Source of the DNA: Ranitomeya imitator
Lineage: Eukaryota
DNA length: 64,000 nt
Direction of reading: 5' to 3'
NCBI RefSeq assembly: GCF_032444005.1
Contig: NC_091290.1
Coordinates: 147,064,001-147,128,000, forward strand
Shown in pieces: positions 25,630 through 38,280 of this stretch. The translations under genes were made by a program, and so were the position numbers. How positions within the stretch are numbered: the stretch's first letter is position 1; each line of letters starts with the position of its first letter. The notes beneath the pieces were generated by a model that was given only the letters and a program-made list of their open reading frames with translations, made no database searches and was not told the origin of the DNA.

Positions 25630-26479
25630 GGCGGAGGCCACATGAGCCGGGGGAGCGGAGGCCACATGAGCCGGGGGAGCGGAGGCCACATGAGCCGGGG
25701 GAGCGGAGGCCACATGAGCCGGGGGAGCGGAGGCCACATGAGCCGGGGGAGCGGAGGCCACATGAGCCGGGGGAGCGGAGGCCACATGAGCCGGGGGAGC
25801 GGAGGCCACATGAGCCGGGGGAGCGGAGGCCACATGAGCCGGGGGAGCGGAGGCCACATGAGCCGGGGGAGCGGAGGCCACATGAGCCGGGGGAGCGGAG
25901 GCCACATGAGCCGGGGGAGCGGAGGCCACATGAGCCGGGGGAGCGGAGGCCACATGAGCCGGGGGAGCGGAGGCCACATGAGCCGGGGGAGCGGAGGCCA
26001 CATGAGCCGGGGGAGCGGAGGCCACATGAGCCGGGGGAGCGGAGGCCACATGAGCCGGGGGAGCGGAGGCCACATGAGCCGGGGGAGCGGAGGCCACATG
26101 AGCCGGGGGAGCGGAGGCCACATGAGCCGGGGGAGCGGAGGCCACATGAGCCGGGGGAGCGGAGGCCACATGAGCCGGGGGAGCGGAGGCCACATGAGCC
26201 GGGGGAGCGGAGGCCACATGAGCCGGGGGAGCGGAGGCCACATGAGCCGGGGGAGCGGAGGCCACATGAGCCGGGGGAGCGGAGGCCACATGAGCCGGGG
26301 GAGCGGAGGCCACATGAGCCGGGGGAGCGGAGGCCACATGAGCCGGGGGAGCGGAGGCCACATGAGCCGGGGGAGCGGAGGCCACATGAGCCGGGGGAGC
26401 GGAGGCCACATGAGCCGGGGGAGCGGAGGCCACATGAGCCGGGGGAGCGGAGGCCACATGAGCCGGGGGAGCGGAGGCC
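25630..26479. repeat. Perfect tandem array of a 24-bp unit (GCGGAGGCCACATGAGCCGGGGGA), about 35 copies, ZNRF1 intron 2
   Basis: Two sequence lines alternate identically over 850 nt. Confidence 0.98.
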
Positions 26480-27145
26480 AGGAGCTGACAACCGTCCCGG
26501 GTGCTGACAGACCCCAGTAGGCCCACGGCAGGGGCGCAGCGGGTGGCATCTGGGCGCGGAGCTATATGTAGCCGGCGCGGGCGACACTGACAGCTGCCTG
26601 CAGGAGACGACCGTATTCTACCCGGCTCTGGCATTAGCGGAGGCAGCGCCCGCTGCGGTATACCCGGCATGACCCCACCTGCGTCATCTGCGACCTTCCA
26701 GAGGCCGATTATTACATAGTGATGGCTGATGTCACCGGCACAGACCCCCCGCCGCCTCAATGAGGGTCTCAGTCAGATAACGAGCAACATCGGAAACAGA
26801 CAACAAAATGAGCCGCACGACATCTGCGCAGAGCGGCCACGTGGTCCGGAGACCCCTCTGCTCACAATTAACCCCTTCCTTAGCACAAAGTCTAAAAGGA
26901 AAAATGCTAAACCTCTTTCCAAACTGGCTAGCCCTCATTCACACTTCCTCCATGGTGGTCATGCAGGACATCGATCCTACAGATAGGTGGCGCCACTTAC
27001 CCAATATCCCTCAATTCCCATGATAATGTATGCGGCTTCTGATTGGGGGGAGACAGTTTGGGCCCCTAGTTCAGGCATATTTACACCCATTAGTTTTTTC
27101 TTGGGGGCCCTAGTTGGCAGTGGTGGGTACATATTCGGTACGTAC

Positions 27146-27241
27146 CGTTATAGGACAGCCGTGGTTTGCTCAGACACATTATAAAGTGCATCTCCATTTC
27201 ATCAGACGACACGGATTTGGAGCAAATGGGGCAGCGGAAGC
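27146..27241 (-). CDS. ZNRF1: ZNRF1 coding exon 2 (UBZ-type zinc finger)
   Basis: Acceptor TCTTTCCAG|GC; (G)FRCPICSKSVSSDEMEMHFIMCLSKPRLSYN(D); donor ACG|GTACGT; 96 nt; phases match exons 1 and 3. Confidence 0.96.
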
Positions 27242-27338
27242 CTGGAAAGAAGAAGACAGACGTCAGTAATGTCAGCCAGAGACCTGAGAGGCGGTGGAGG
27301 AACGATGGCGCGTGGCAGTGACCGACAGGCGTACGTTA

Positions 27339-27645
27339 GGCTAAGTTCACATTAGCGTTGCGCCGCTGTTGCGTCGGCGACGCAGCGGCGACGCGCCCCT
27401 ATGTTTAACATAGGGGACGCGTGCGTCTTTTTGTTTGCGTTTTTCGCCGTGTGCGTCGTTTCCGACGCTGGCGTCGGACGCACGAAAACGCTACAAGTTG
27501 CATTTTCTGTGCGTCCGATTTTGGTCAAAAACGACGCACGCGTCGCAAAACGCGCGCGTTTTTGCGCGCGTTTGCGCGCGTTTTTCGATGCTTCGCGCGT
27601 TGCGTCGCCGACGCAGGGCGGCGCAACGCTAGTGTGAACGTACCC
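27339..27645. mobile_element. Harbinger/PIF-type MITE with TTA target-site duplication
   Basis: TTA at 27336-27338 and 27646-27648. About 45-bp TIRs (GGCTAAGTTCACATTAGCGTTGCGCCGC... vs reverse GGGTACGTTCACACTAGCGTTGCGCCGC...). Internal hairpin CCCCTATGTTTAACATAGGGG. Confidence 0.85.
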
Positions 27646-28649
27646 TTACACAGACACAGGGGGGTAGGACTCTGTTCACTGACAGCAAGCAGAAACACAA
27701 GGGAGGACATATACTAAGCTGTTATTGGTGAAAACAAAGGTTGCAAATGTCGACAGATGCCAGTTTTGAGCAATGACTACTTTTTGGGAGGGTCCCCAGA
27801 CTGATCGCCAGGTTTCGGTGATCTGCGGCACATGGCTGCGCTATGACGCCCCCCTTTCCTTCAGCAGCACCTGGATTACAGGGGCCGCCACCCGTCTAGT
27901 GTGTAAATGAGGACAAGGAAGGAAGACGCCCCCCACAGCAGACCCCGGAGTTCTGCAGCTGTGCCTCCTCCGCTGCGGTCAGCCTGACATTTTGCAGGAA
28001 CACGTGGAGGAAGCTGCGGTGTCGGAGGGGTAAAACCGACATCCTGCGTGTGATGCAGCTGCCATCTGTCCTCTGCAGAGCTGTCAGTGTACGGCGGCTG
28101 TAAAGTGCAGAGCACACGGCCACAGACATGGGGGTCACATCCGCCTTGTAAAACACACAAGGCGTTCACTGGCAGGTGTCACCAGGCGGACAAGCAGGGG
28201 CAGGGAGCAAGGATGACTCTGCTGATACATGAAAGGGATTAATACCCAAACAGCAGAAAGGGCTGGAGCCATAATCACTGACAAAGCGGAGTGGTGGCCA
28301 CCCCAGCAAGGGAGGGATCATACAATGTTAAGAGATGGAAGGGACCCCCAGGGTCGTCGTGTCCAACCCCCTGATCAATAAAAGGAGTCACTAAACCATC
28401 TCCGACAGATGTCTGTCCAGGATACCGGGAGCCACCGAAACCATCCGCAGTGAGGAGACCGGGAGCACGCTGCTAACATCCAGCAAGGGCAGAAGCTCCC
28501 CTTACACAGGCAGATTTCAGCAGGACAATAAACCATTATATCAGGACAGGTGCACAATATACGATCAAAGATGAGTGAGTGGAAACACCTCCACCCAAGG
28601 CAGGAATCAGTATTCCAGAGAGGGAAAACTCAGATTCCCAACAGTCAGG

Positions 28650-30545
28650 ACCTCCCTGTATACAGAGATACATGATAAGGTCCTGTCTGCAGCCACCACT
28701 AGGGGGAGCTCCCTGTATACAGAGATACATGATAAGATTATATCTGCAGTCACCACTAGGGGGAGCTCCCTGTATACAGAGATACATGATAAGATTATAT
28801 CTGCAGCCACCACTAGGGGGAGCTCCCTGTATACAGAGATACATGATAAGGTTATATCTGCAGTCACCACTAGGGGGAGCTCCCTGTATACAGAGATACA
28901 TGATAAGATTATATCTGCAGCCACCACTAGGGGGAGCTCCCTGTATACAGAGATACATGATAAGATCCTGTCTGCAGCCACCACTAGGGGAGCTCCCTGT
29001 ATACAGAGATACATGATAAGGTCCTGTCTGCAGCCACCACTAGGGGGAGCTCCCTGTATACAGAGATACATGATAAGATCCTGTCTGCAGCCACCACTAG
29101 GGGAGCTCCCTGTATACAGAGATACATGATAAGATTATATCTGCAGTCACCAGTAGGGGGAGCTCCCTGTATACAGAGATACATGATAAGATTATATCTG
29201 CAGTCACCACTAGGGGGAGCTCCCTGTATACAGAGATACATGATAAGATTATATCTGCAGCCACCACTAGAGGGAGCTCCCTGTATACAGAGGTACATGA
29301 TAAGATCCTGTCTGCAGCCACCACTAGGGGGAGCTCCCTGTATACAGAGATACGTGATAAGATCCTGTCTGCAGCCACCACTAGAGGGAGCTCCCTGTAT
29401 ACAGAGATACGTGATAAGATCCTGTCTGCAGCCACCACTAGGGGGAGCTCCCTGTATACAGAGATACATGATAAGATCCTGTCTGCAGCCACCACTAGGG
29501 GGAGCTCCCTGTATACAGAGATACATGATAAGATCCTGTCTGCAGTCACCACTAGGGGGAGCTCCCTGTATACAGAGATACGTGATAAGATTCTGTCTGC
29601 AGTCACCACTAGGGGGAGCTCCCTGTATACAGAGATACGTGATAAGATCCTGTCTGCAGTCACCACTAGGGGGAGCTCCCTGTATACAGAGATACATGAT
29701 AAGATCCTGTCTGCAGTCACCACTAGGGGGAGCTCCCTGTATACAGAGATACATGATAAGCTCCTGTCTGCAGCCACCACTAGGGGAAGCTCCCTGTATA
29801 CAGAGGTACATGATAAGCTCCTGTCTGCAGCCACCACTAGGGGGAGCTCCCTGTATCCTGTATACAGAGATACATGATAAGATCCTGTCTGCAGTCACCA
29901 CTAGGAGGAGCTCCCTGTATACAGAGATACATGATAAGATCCTGTCTGCAGTCACCACTAGGGGAAGCTCCCTGTATACAGAGGTACATGATAAGATCCT
30001 GTCTGCAGTCACCACTAGGGGGAGCTCCCTGTATACAGAGATACATGATAAGCTCCTGTCTGCAGCCACCACTAGGGGGAGCTCCCTGTATACAGAGATA
30101 CATGATAAGATTATATCTGCAGCCACCACTAGGGGGAGCTCCCTGTATACAGAGATACATGATAAGATCCTGTCTGCAGCCACCACTAGGGGAGCTCCCT
30201 GTATACAGAGATACATAAGATCCTGTCTGCAGTCACCACTAGGGGAGCTCCCTGTATACAGAGATACATAAGATCCTGTCTGCAGCCACCACTAGAGGGA
30301 GCTCCCTGTATACAGAGATACATAAGATCTTGTCTGCAGCCACCACTAGGGGGAGCTCCCTGTATACAGAGATACACAAGATCCTGTCTACAGCCACCAC
30401 TAGGGGGAGCTCCCTGTATACAGAGATACATGATACGATCCTGTCTGCAGCCACCACTACGGGGAGCTCCCTGTATACAGAGATACATGATAAGATCCTG
30501 TCTGCAGCCACCACTAGGGGGAGCTCCCTGTATACAGAGATACAC
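28650..30545. repeat. Tandem array of a 57-bp unit (CTCCCTGTATACAGAGATACATGATAAGATCCTGTCTGCAGCCACCACTAGGGGGAG), about 33 copies, ZNRF1 intron 1
   Basis: 19-aa repeat in ORF track (57 nt); 53-56-nt variants toward the 3' end. Confidence 0.95.
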
Positions 30546-30573
30546 AATAAGATTATGTCCAGAGGACAGAGTA

Positions 30574-31311
30574 AAGGCCCCTTCACATTAAGCGACGCTG
30601 CAGCGATCCAAACAACGATCCGGATCGCTGCAGCGTCGCTGTTTGGTCGCTGGAGAGATGTCACACAGACCGCTCTCCAGCGACCAACGATGCCGGTAAC
30701 CAGGGTAAACATCGGGTAACTAAGCGCAGGGCCGCGCTTAGTAACCCGATGTTTACCCTGGTTACCATCCTAAAAGTAAAAAAAACAAACAGTGCATACT
30801 TACCTAACGCTGTCTGTCCTCCAGCGCTGTGCTCTGCACTCCTCCTGTACTGTCTGTGTGAGCACAGCGGCCGGAAAGCAGAGCGGTGACGTCACCGCTC
30901 TGCTTTCCGGCTGACCGACGCTCACAGCCAGTACAGGAGGAGAGCAGAGCACAGCGCTGGAGGACAGACGGCTGTAGGTAAGTATGTACTGTTTGTTTTT
31001 TTTACTTTTAGGATGGTAACCAGGGTAAACATTGGGTTACTAAGCGCGGCCCTGCGCTTAGTTACCCGATGTTTACCCTGGTTACCAGTGAAGACATCGC
31101 TGGATCGGTGTCACACACGCCGATCCAGCGATGTCCACGGGAGATCCAGTGACGAAATAAAGTTCTGGACTTTCTTCAGCGACCAACGATGGCACAGTAG
31201 GGGCCTGATCGTTGGTCGCTGTCACACATAGCGATTTCCTTAACGATATCGTTGCAACGTCACCAAAAGCAACGATATCGTTAACGATATCGTTATGTGT
31301 GAAGGTACCTT
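30574..31311. mobile_element. Palindromic MITE (Harbinger-like; target TA or TWA, ambiguous)
   Basis: Ends AAGGCCCCTTCACAT... / ...GTGTGAAGGTACCTT flanked by TA. Each arm carries the hairpin GGTAACCAGGGTAAACAT..ATGTTTACCCTGGTTACC. Confidence 0.8.
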
Positions 31312-32126
31312 TAGTTCAGAGATCGGTTGCTGGAGACCAAATTCACATTGCCAAAAGGAAAGAATGACTGGCGGGCAGGGAATCCTCGGCATCCTGATTA
31401 TCACCAGACTCTCATCCACAACACACAGAACCTGATGATGCAGAGATCAGATTGCGATGATTAACCCTTTATGCCCGCACAGTGGACACTCCACCCATAT
31501 CCCCAGGAGTCCCGGATATCTTGAATATAAGAAGTTATGAGATGTCTGTTTATACATTCTAAATACAGGAGGACGACACCGCAGGTAAGCGAAATAGCAG
31601 ATGCCGCAGTCTCATCCTCCACAAGTATTGCACCCATGAAATCAGGGCAGGGGAGCGGCGATAGACGATCAATCCACGAAAACCGCCAATGCCGGGTCCA
31701 CCGCACTGTGCGGCGTGTAAGAGATAACAGGACAGAAGGACCAAAATCTAACTCCCACTGCGCCCGAGAACCAGACACCTCCATCCGCAGCTCGTGAAAT
31801 TCAAAATGAACACAAAAATTCTGATAAAAATTTGAGAAGTGACCACAAATAATCATAATATTCCGCTAAACACCACAGATGACCCCCATTTAACTGGATT
31901 GGGGTCACCACCAGACAAGTACAATGCCTGTCCGTACATGCCATAAAGCAACAGTCATTAAATTCCAGTCCGTGAGTCACTGCCTGAAGCCGCACAAACC
32001 ACGTGACTATGTACGGTGACGGCAACACAGGAAGCACGTGTCACACCGTGTACGACATCCGATAAGGAAGACCGCCGCATCAATAGAGGAGCGGCGACCA
32101 CCAATGCAACACCGATCCGCGGATAT

Positions 32127-32842
32127 GTCCTGCATGATACCCCAGAGCTGCACTCACTATTCTGCTGGTGCAGTCACTGTGTACATACATTACTGATCCT
32201 GAGTTACATCCTGTATTATACTCCAGAGCTGCACTCACTATTCTGCTGGTGCAGTCACTGTGTACATACATTACTGATCCTGAGTTACATCCTGTATTAT
32301 ACCCCAGAGCTGCACTCACTATTCTGCTGGTGCAGTCACTGTGCACATACATTACATTACTGATCCTGAGTTACATCCTGTATTATACTCCAGAGCTGCA
32401 CTCACTATTCTGCTGGTGCAGTCACTGTGTACATACATTACATTACTGATCCTGAGTTACATCCTGTATTATACTCCAGAGCTGCACTCACTATTCTGCT
32501 GGTGCAGTCACTGTGTACATACATTACTGATCCTGAGTTACATCCTGTATTATACCCCAGAGCTGCACTCACTATTCTGCTGGTGCAGTCACTGTGTACA
32601 TACATTACTGATCCTGAGTTACATCCTGTATTATACCCCAGAGCTGCACTCACTATTCTGCTGGTGCAGTCACTGTGTACATACATTACATTACTGATCC
32701 TGAGTTACATCCTGTATTATACTCCAGAGCTGCACTCACTATTCTGCTGGTGCAGTCACTGTGTACATACATTACTGATCCTGAGTTACATCCTGTATTA
32801 TACCCCAGAGCTGCACTCACTATTCTGCTGATGCAGTCACTG
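32127..32842 (+). repeat. Tandem array of an 81/86-bp unit (CCAGAGCTGCACTCACTATTCTGCTGGTGCAGTCACTGTGTACATACATTACTGATCCTGAGTTACATCCTGTATTATAC), about 8 copies
   Basis: 27-aa repeat in ORF track; optional extra ACATT. Confidence 0.93.
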
Positions 32843-33451
32843 GACATAACTTCCTCTGGCTCCAGATTCCTGCCTCTGGGTCCCATGACTGGTTGGCAGC
32901 CCCCCAACCAGTGCCATGCAGGGGCTCTAGGGTTGGTCAGGTTGACTTTCCATCCTGCCATCTAATCACTACCTTATCACCTGACCAATAGCAGCTTATC
33001 CCAACATTTGCAGAGTGTGAAGACACTGCAGATGAACTGCCCCTTTAATTGGCACCAAGACTAAGAGGCGCCCTGACCCCGCAAGCAGCTGAAACGTATG
33101 AGGAGACACATTAAAGTGGAGCACAGTGTGACGGAGCGGATCAGTGTCAGCTCTCCCAGCCCCCCCCATCTCTCGGCTGTTTCGCCCCCAGGCAGATTCC
33201 TGCTCTGTTCCATCTCTGGAGCCTCCAATTCATCACATCTTTCTTGCTCTGCGATCGCTCAGTTTAGCAGAACATCCCTCGTCCCGATAAGACACGAGGA
33301 TGAAGAACTAACACCTCCGCCTCGGGGAGCCGACAATGTGGATCACCGTCCCGCACAGCCCCACTGTCGCCGCCAGGGCCCGTCCCGCACAGCCCCACTG
33401 CCATCAGGCTCATCTTCAGCATACCTGTGCTATTCCATGTGAGCAGCGCTG

Positions 33452-33615
33452 ATGATTATTATTATTATTTATATAGCACCATTGATTCCATGGTGCTGTA
33501 CATGAGAAGGGGTTACATACAAGTTACAAATATCACATACAGTAAACAAACTAACAATGACGGACTGATACAGAGGGGCGAGGACCCTGCCCTTGCGGGC
33601 TTACATTCTACAGGA
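33452..33615 (-). mobile_element. Heavily 5'-truncated L2 LINE 3' end (or L2-dependent SINE tail)
   Basis: Reverse strand: TGTAGAATGTAAGCCCGCAAGGGCAGGGTCC...GCACCATGGAATCAATGGTGC...(AAT)n; homologous to the L2 end at 50321-51650. Confidence 0.75.
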
Positions 33616-34039
33616 TTTTACATTGAAACAAACCTGTGATGATCCTGCCCGCCTGTCAAGTACCACACAAATGTCCAATTCACAATACCTGTGTCACCAG
33701 AAGCATCATCATCATTTCCGCTCCCCTACCTATGTGGAACGACAATCCCTTTCCACTTTCTGATTGTGCAGTTGTCACAGCCCGTCCCTCACTTCTAGCA
33801 CCACTGAAGAGTAATAGGATTTCTGTCCTAAACTATTAGAGAGCACTGCAGGGGGCTTTATAATGGAAAGCTGGGGGTCCGGAGGTAAACAACAAGATTA
33901 CAGATATAACCACTGGAACAGGAAAAGAAATCCAAACCTGTTACTAAATCCATCTGCAATGATTGTCAATGATCTATACACAAAGCAGGGGGCACAACAA
34001 CTCCCCTCATGCCATCTGTTACTATGAATTGACTGTCCC

Positions 34040-35160
34040 CACTACTCAGCATCACCTCTTGGCCCATACATTGGGTACAATGCCCCCTACGGCCCTCCAG
34101 CGTCACCTCTAAGCCCATACATTGGGGATGATGCCCCCTACGCTCGCCCTGTCAACTTAGCTAATACATAGGGGATGATGTCCCCACCTGCCCCTCCGTC
34201 ACCTCTTAGCCAATACATGGGGGACGATGCTCCCTACGCCCCTCCAGCATCACCTCTTAGCCCATACATTGGGGACGATGCCCCCTATGCCCCTCCAGCG
34301 TCACCTCTTAGCCCATACATTGTGGACCATACCCCCTATGCCCCTCCAGCGTCACCTCTTAGCCCATAGATTGGGGACAATCAACCCTACGCCCCTCCAG
34401 CATCACCTCTTAGCCCATACATTGGGGATTATGCCCCCTACACCCCTCCAGTGTCACCTCTTAGCCCATACATTGGGGATTATGCCCCCTACACCCCTCC
34501 AGTGTCACCTCTTAGCCCATACATTGGGGACGATGCCCCCCTACACCCTCTTCCAGCATCATCTCTTAGCCCATACATTGGAGATTATGCCCCCTACACC
34601 CCTCCAGTGTCACCTCTTAGCCCATACATTGGGGACGATGCCCCCCTACACCCTCTTCCAGCATCATCTCTTAGCCCATACATTGGGGATTATGCCCCCT
34701 ACACCCCTCCAGTGTCACCTCTTAGCCCATACATTGGGGACCATGCCCCCCTACACCCTCTTCCAGCATCATCTCTTAGCCCATACATTGGGGATTATGC
34801 CCCCTACACCCCTCCAGTGTCACCTCTTAGCCCATACATTGGGGACGATGCCCCCTACACCCTCTTCCAGCATCATCTCTTAGCCCATACATTGGAGATT
34901 ATGCCCCCTACACCCCTCCAGTGTCACCTCTTAGCCCATACATTGGGGACGATGCCCCCCTACACCCTCTTCCAGCATCATCTCTTAGCCCATACATTGG
35001 GGATTATGCCCCCTACACCCCTCCAGTGTCACCTCTTAGCCCATACATTGGGGACCATGCCCCCTACAGTGTCACCTCTTAGCCCATACAATGGGGACGA
35101 TGCCCCCATACGCCCCTCCGTCAACTCGTAGCCCATACATTGGGGACGATGCCCCCCCAC
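34040..35160. repeat. Tandem array of a 51-53-bp unit (GTCACCTCTTAGCCCATACATTGGGGATTATGCCCCCTACACCCCTCCAGT), partly dimeric
   Basis: 17-aa repeat in ORF track; two unit variants alternate after about 34500. Confidence 0.9.
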
Positions 35161-36470
35161 GTCACTCTGCATTCTGGAGAACATCCGCTGCAGCACTGAG
35201 GGGACTCGTCTGCGGCCAGACTAACGCGTTCCGCGAGCTGCGGATTCTCCTCCGGAGCACAGTTTAGGGATGGAGCAGATACATAGGTTGTGCCAGACGG
35301 GTGTGGGACTTTACCTGCAAATACACCCCAAGAGGTCTCAGAAGGGGGAACCTCGGCCATTAATATACCCTTCAGCCCGGACCACCTCCGTATAGGATAA
35401 GCAGGCGAGAGATGTAATCGCCCTTCACATGCAGATTCATTCTACTATATGGAAAATAGTCAAGGGCAGTGGTTAAAATTAGCCGGAAGACACCTGTTCA
35501 TTTAGAAGCCAATACTCCCCTCCCCCCACTAGCGCCAGCCCGGACTCCAGACCCCCTCACTTTGGAAGTCAACTTGACCTTTGCAGTTGCCAAGACTAGT
35601 ATTGTGGCTGCTGGAACCCATATAAAAGATGCTGGATGACGGCAGGGACCCCGGTCATATACAGGGGGCTTGGTACATAAGCTAGCACAGTGCTGCTGCA
35701 GAACTGCGAGTACAGCTCTGGATGCAATGCAAAAATCAGCAAACGTAACAAATTGACGAAGCATTGTCCTTAGGTTATACTCGATCTCACGCTTTGAGGT
35801 CATACTCTCCCCTTCTGCTGTGTAGAGGTTTAAAACCTTTTACTCGCTGTTATCAGCCATTTCCAACAAGTAAGAGTTAAACTTATGTTCCTTCGTGGGA
35901 TGAAAATACCTCCTGTCCTCCATGATCACTACTTTCCAACCAGTGCAGAGGGGGGACAATTTATGTGGCCGAGATCTGCAGCGTCTCTCATTATGCTGCT
36001 GTACTATTATAATCTGGGAATATCGATGCTCTGCCCCTTTAAGACTTTCGAACCAGAGGTCTCAGGAGGAAATGTATCAGATGAGTTGCTACAAGTCCCC
36101 AGCAGTGGCACAAAGTATCAGTACTGGGGGAGGTTTCCTCTATTTTGCAACACTGGAAAGAGGACAGAGCTGCTGTTTCCAGGATGTGCCGGGAACCTCG
36201 ACATCATCTGGGATTACTGGAAAGTTCCAGGAAACTGGGACCCTCGTAACTAAAAGTTCTCATCATCAAAATCCTTTATTGTCCAATACATAAAGAAAAA
36301 CTGTACACAGACTATGAACTGTGACTTATCACAAGACTGGGGGGTGGGGTGCCACAAAATGTGTGCTCTACCCAAAATCAGAGCAGAAGAGGGACAGCAA
36401 AAACTGAGGGATGTTACAGGAAACTCAGTGACAGTTCACAGATTGCCCCCTGGAAACTGAACTGGCGCTA

Positions 36471-37083
36471 GGCTATGTGCACACGTTCGCAATTCCGCGA
36501 CTCCCTGCTGCGGGAAATACGCATGCGGAATTGGCATGCGTATTCCAAGCGATCTGTAGCATCGCTAGGAAAACTGCTTGACAGGTTGGTCACACTTGTC
36601 TAACAGTGTTTGATAAGTGTGACCAACTTTTTTTTTTTTTTTACTATTGATGCTTCCTATACAGCATCAATAGAAAAAGATAAAATGTTAAAAATAATAA
36701 TTAAAAAAAAAAAACATCTTGATATTCTCTCCCTCCGGCGCCCCCCACAGCCTTCCCAATCCTCGCAATGCTCCCGTTCCCAGTGATGCCTTGCGACAAT
36801 GACCCCAGATTATGTAGAATCACGCGAGACCACTACGTCATCACAGGTCATTGTCGCAAGGCATCACTGGGAACGGGAGCTGGTGGGAGCATAGCTAAGG
36901 CCTGGGCTGGATCCGGGGACCGCCAGAAGGTGAGTATATAACTATTTTATTCCCAGGGCCTCGAGGAGAGCCTCCTCTCCACACCCGAATTCAATGGGTT
37001 GTGTTGTGTATGAGTTTTTGCAGCGTTTTTGCTGTGTTATCGCTGCAAAAAATGCATACAATCCGCAACATGTGCACATAGAG
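36471..37083. mobile_element. Diverged non-autonomous DNA transposon (Harbinger-like)
   Basis: Ends GGCTATGTGCACACGTT / ACATGTGCACATAG. Internal inverted ATGCTCCCGTTCCCAGTGATGCCTTGCGACAATGAC / GTCATTGTCGCAAGGCATCACTGGGAACGGGAGC. Confidence 0.6.
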
Positions 37084-37113
37084 CTGAAGGAATAAGGATG
37101 ACAACACCTGCCA

Positions 37114-38280
37114 CAGCAGAATAGTGAGTGCAGCTCTGGGGTATAATAAAGGATGTAACTCAGGATCAGTAATGTAATGTATGTACACAGTGATTGCACC
37201 AGCAGAATAGTGAGTGCAGCTCTGGAGTATAATACAGGAGGTAACTCAGGATCAGTAATGTAATGTATGTACAGTGACTGCATCAGCAGAATAGTGAGTG
37301 CAGCTCTGGGGTATAATACAGGATGTAACTCAGGATCAGTAATATAATGTATGTACAGTGACTGCATCAGCAGAATAGTGAGTGCAGCTCTGGGGTATAA
37401 TACAGAATGTAACTCAGGATCAGTAATATAATGTATGTACAGTGACTGCATCAGCAGAATAGTGAGTGCAGCTCTGGGGTATAATACAGGAGGTAACTCA
37501 AGATCAGTAATGTAATGTATGTACACAGTGACTGCACCAGCAGAATAGTGAGTGCAGCTCTGAGGAATAATACAGGATGTAACTCAGGATCAGTATTGTA
37601 ATGTATGTACACAGTGACTGCACCAGCAGAATAGTGAGTGCAGCTCTGGGGTATAATACAGGATGTAACTCAGGATCAGTATTGTAATGTATGTACACAG
37701 TGACTGCACCAGCAGAATAGTGAGTGCAGCTCTGGAGTATAATACAGGATGTAACTCAGGATCAGTATTGTAATGTATGTACACAGTGACTGCACCAGCA
37801 GAATAGTGAGTGCAGCTCTGGGGTATAATACAGGAGGTAACTCAGGATCAGTAATGTAATGTATGTACAGAGTGACTGCACCAGCAGAATAGTGAGTGCA
37901 GCTCTGGGGAATAATACAGGATGTAACTCAGGATCAGTATTGTAATGTATGTACACAGTGACTGCACCAGCAGAATAGTGAGTGCAGCTCTGGGGTATAA
38001 TACAGGATGTAACTCAGGATCAGTAATATAATGTATGTACAGTGACTGCATCAGCAGAATAGTGAGTGCAGCTCTGGGGTATAATACAGGATGTAACTCA
38101 GGATCAGTAATATAATGTATGTACAGTGACTGCATCAGCAGAATAGTGAGTGCAGCTCTGGGGTATAATACAGGATGTAACTCAGGATCAGTAATGTAAT
38201 GTGTGTACACAGTGACTGCACCAGCAGAATAGTGAGTGCAGCTCTGGGGTATAATTCAGGATGTAACTAAGGATGAGTAA
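37114..38280 (-). repeat. Second array of the 81/86-bp family, inverted relative to 32127-32842, about 14 copies
   Basis: Reverse complement gives the same unit; ORF-track peptides are identical (ELHSLFCWCSHCVHTL). Confidence 0.93.

Noticed and set aside
25460-26760. 292-406-aa ORFs of octapeptide repeats (SRGSGGHM, ASAPPAHV and others)
   Set aside because: The 24-bp unit is a multiple of 3 without stops. It lies in ZNRF1 intron 2 between exons whose phases already match.
28536-30719. Cys-rich repeated ORFs (MYLCIQGAPPSGGC..., CIQRYMIRSC...)
   Set aside because: Products of the 57-bp array, not a zinc-finger or metallothionein gene.
31461-31856. Short ORFs in unique GC-richer sequence of ZNRF1 intron 1, considered as LDHD or an alternative exon
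   Set aside because: No recognisable similarity to LDHD or other proteins and no convincing acceptor/donor pair.
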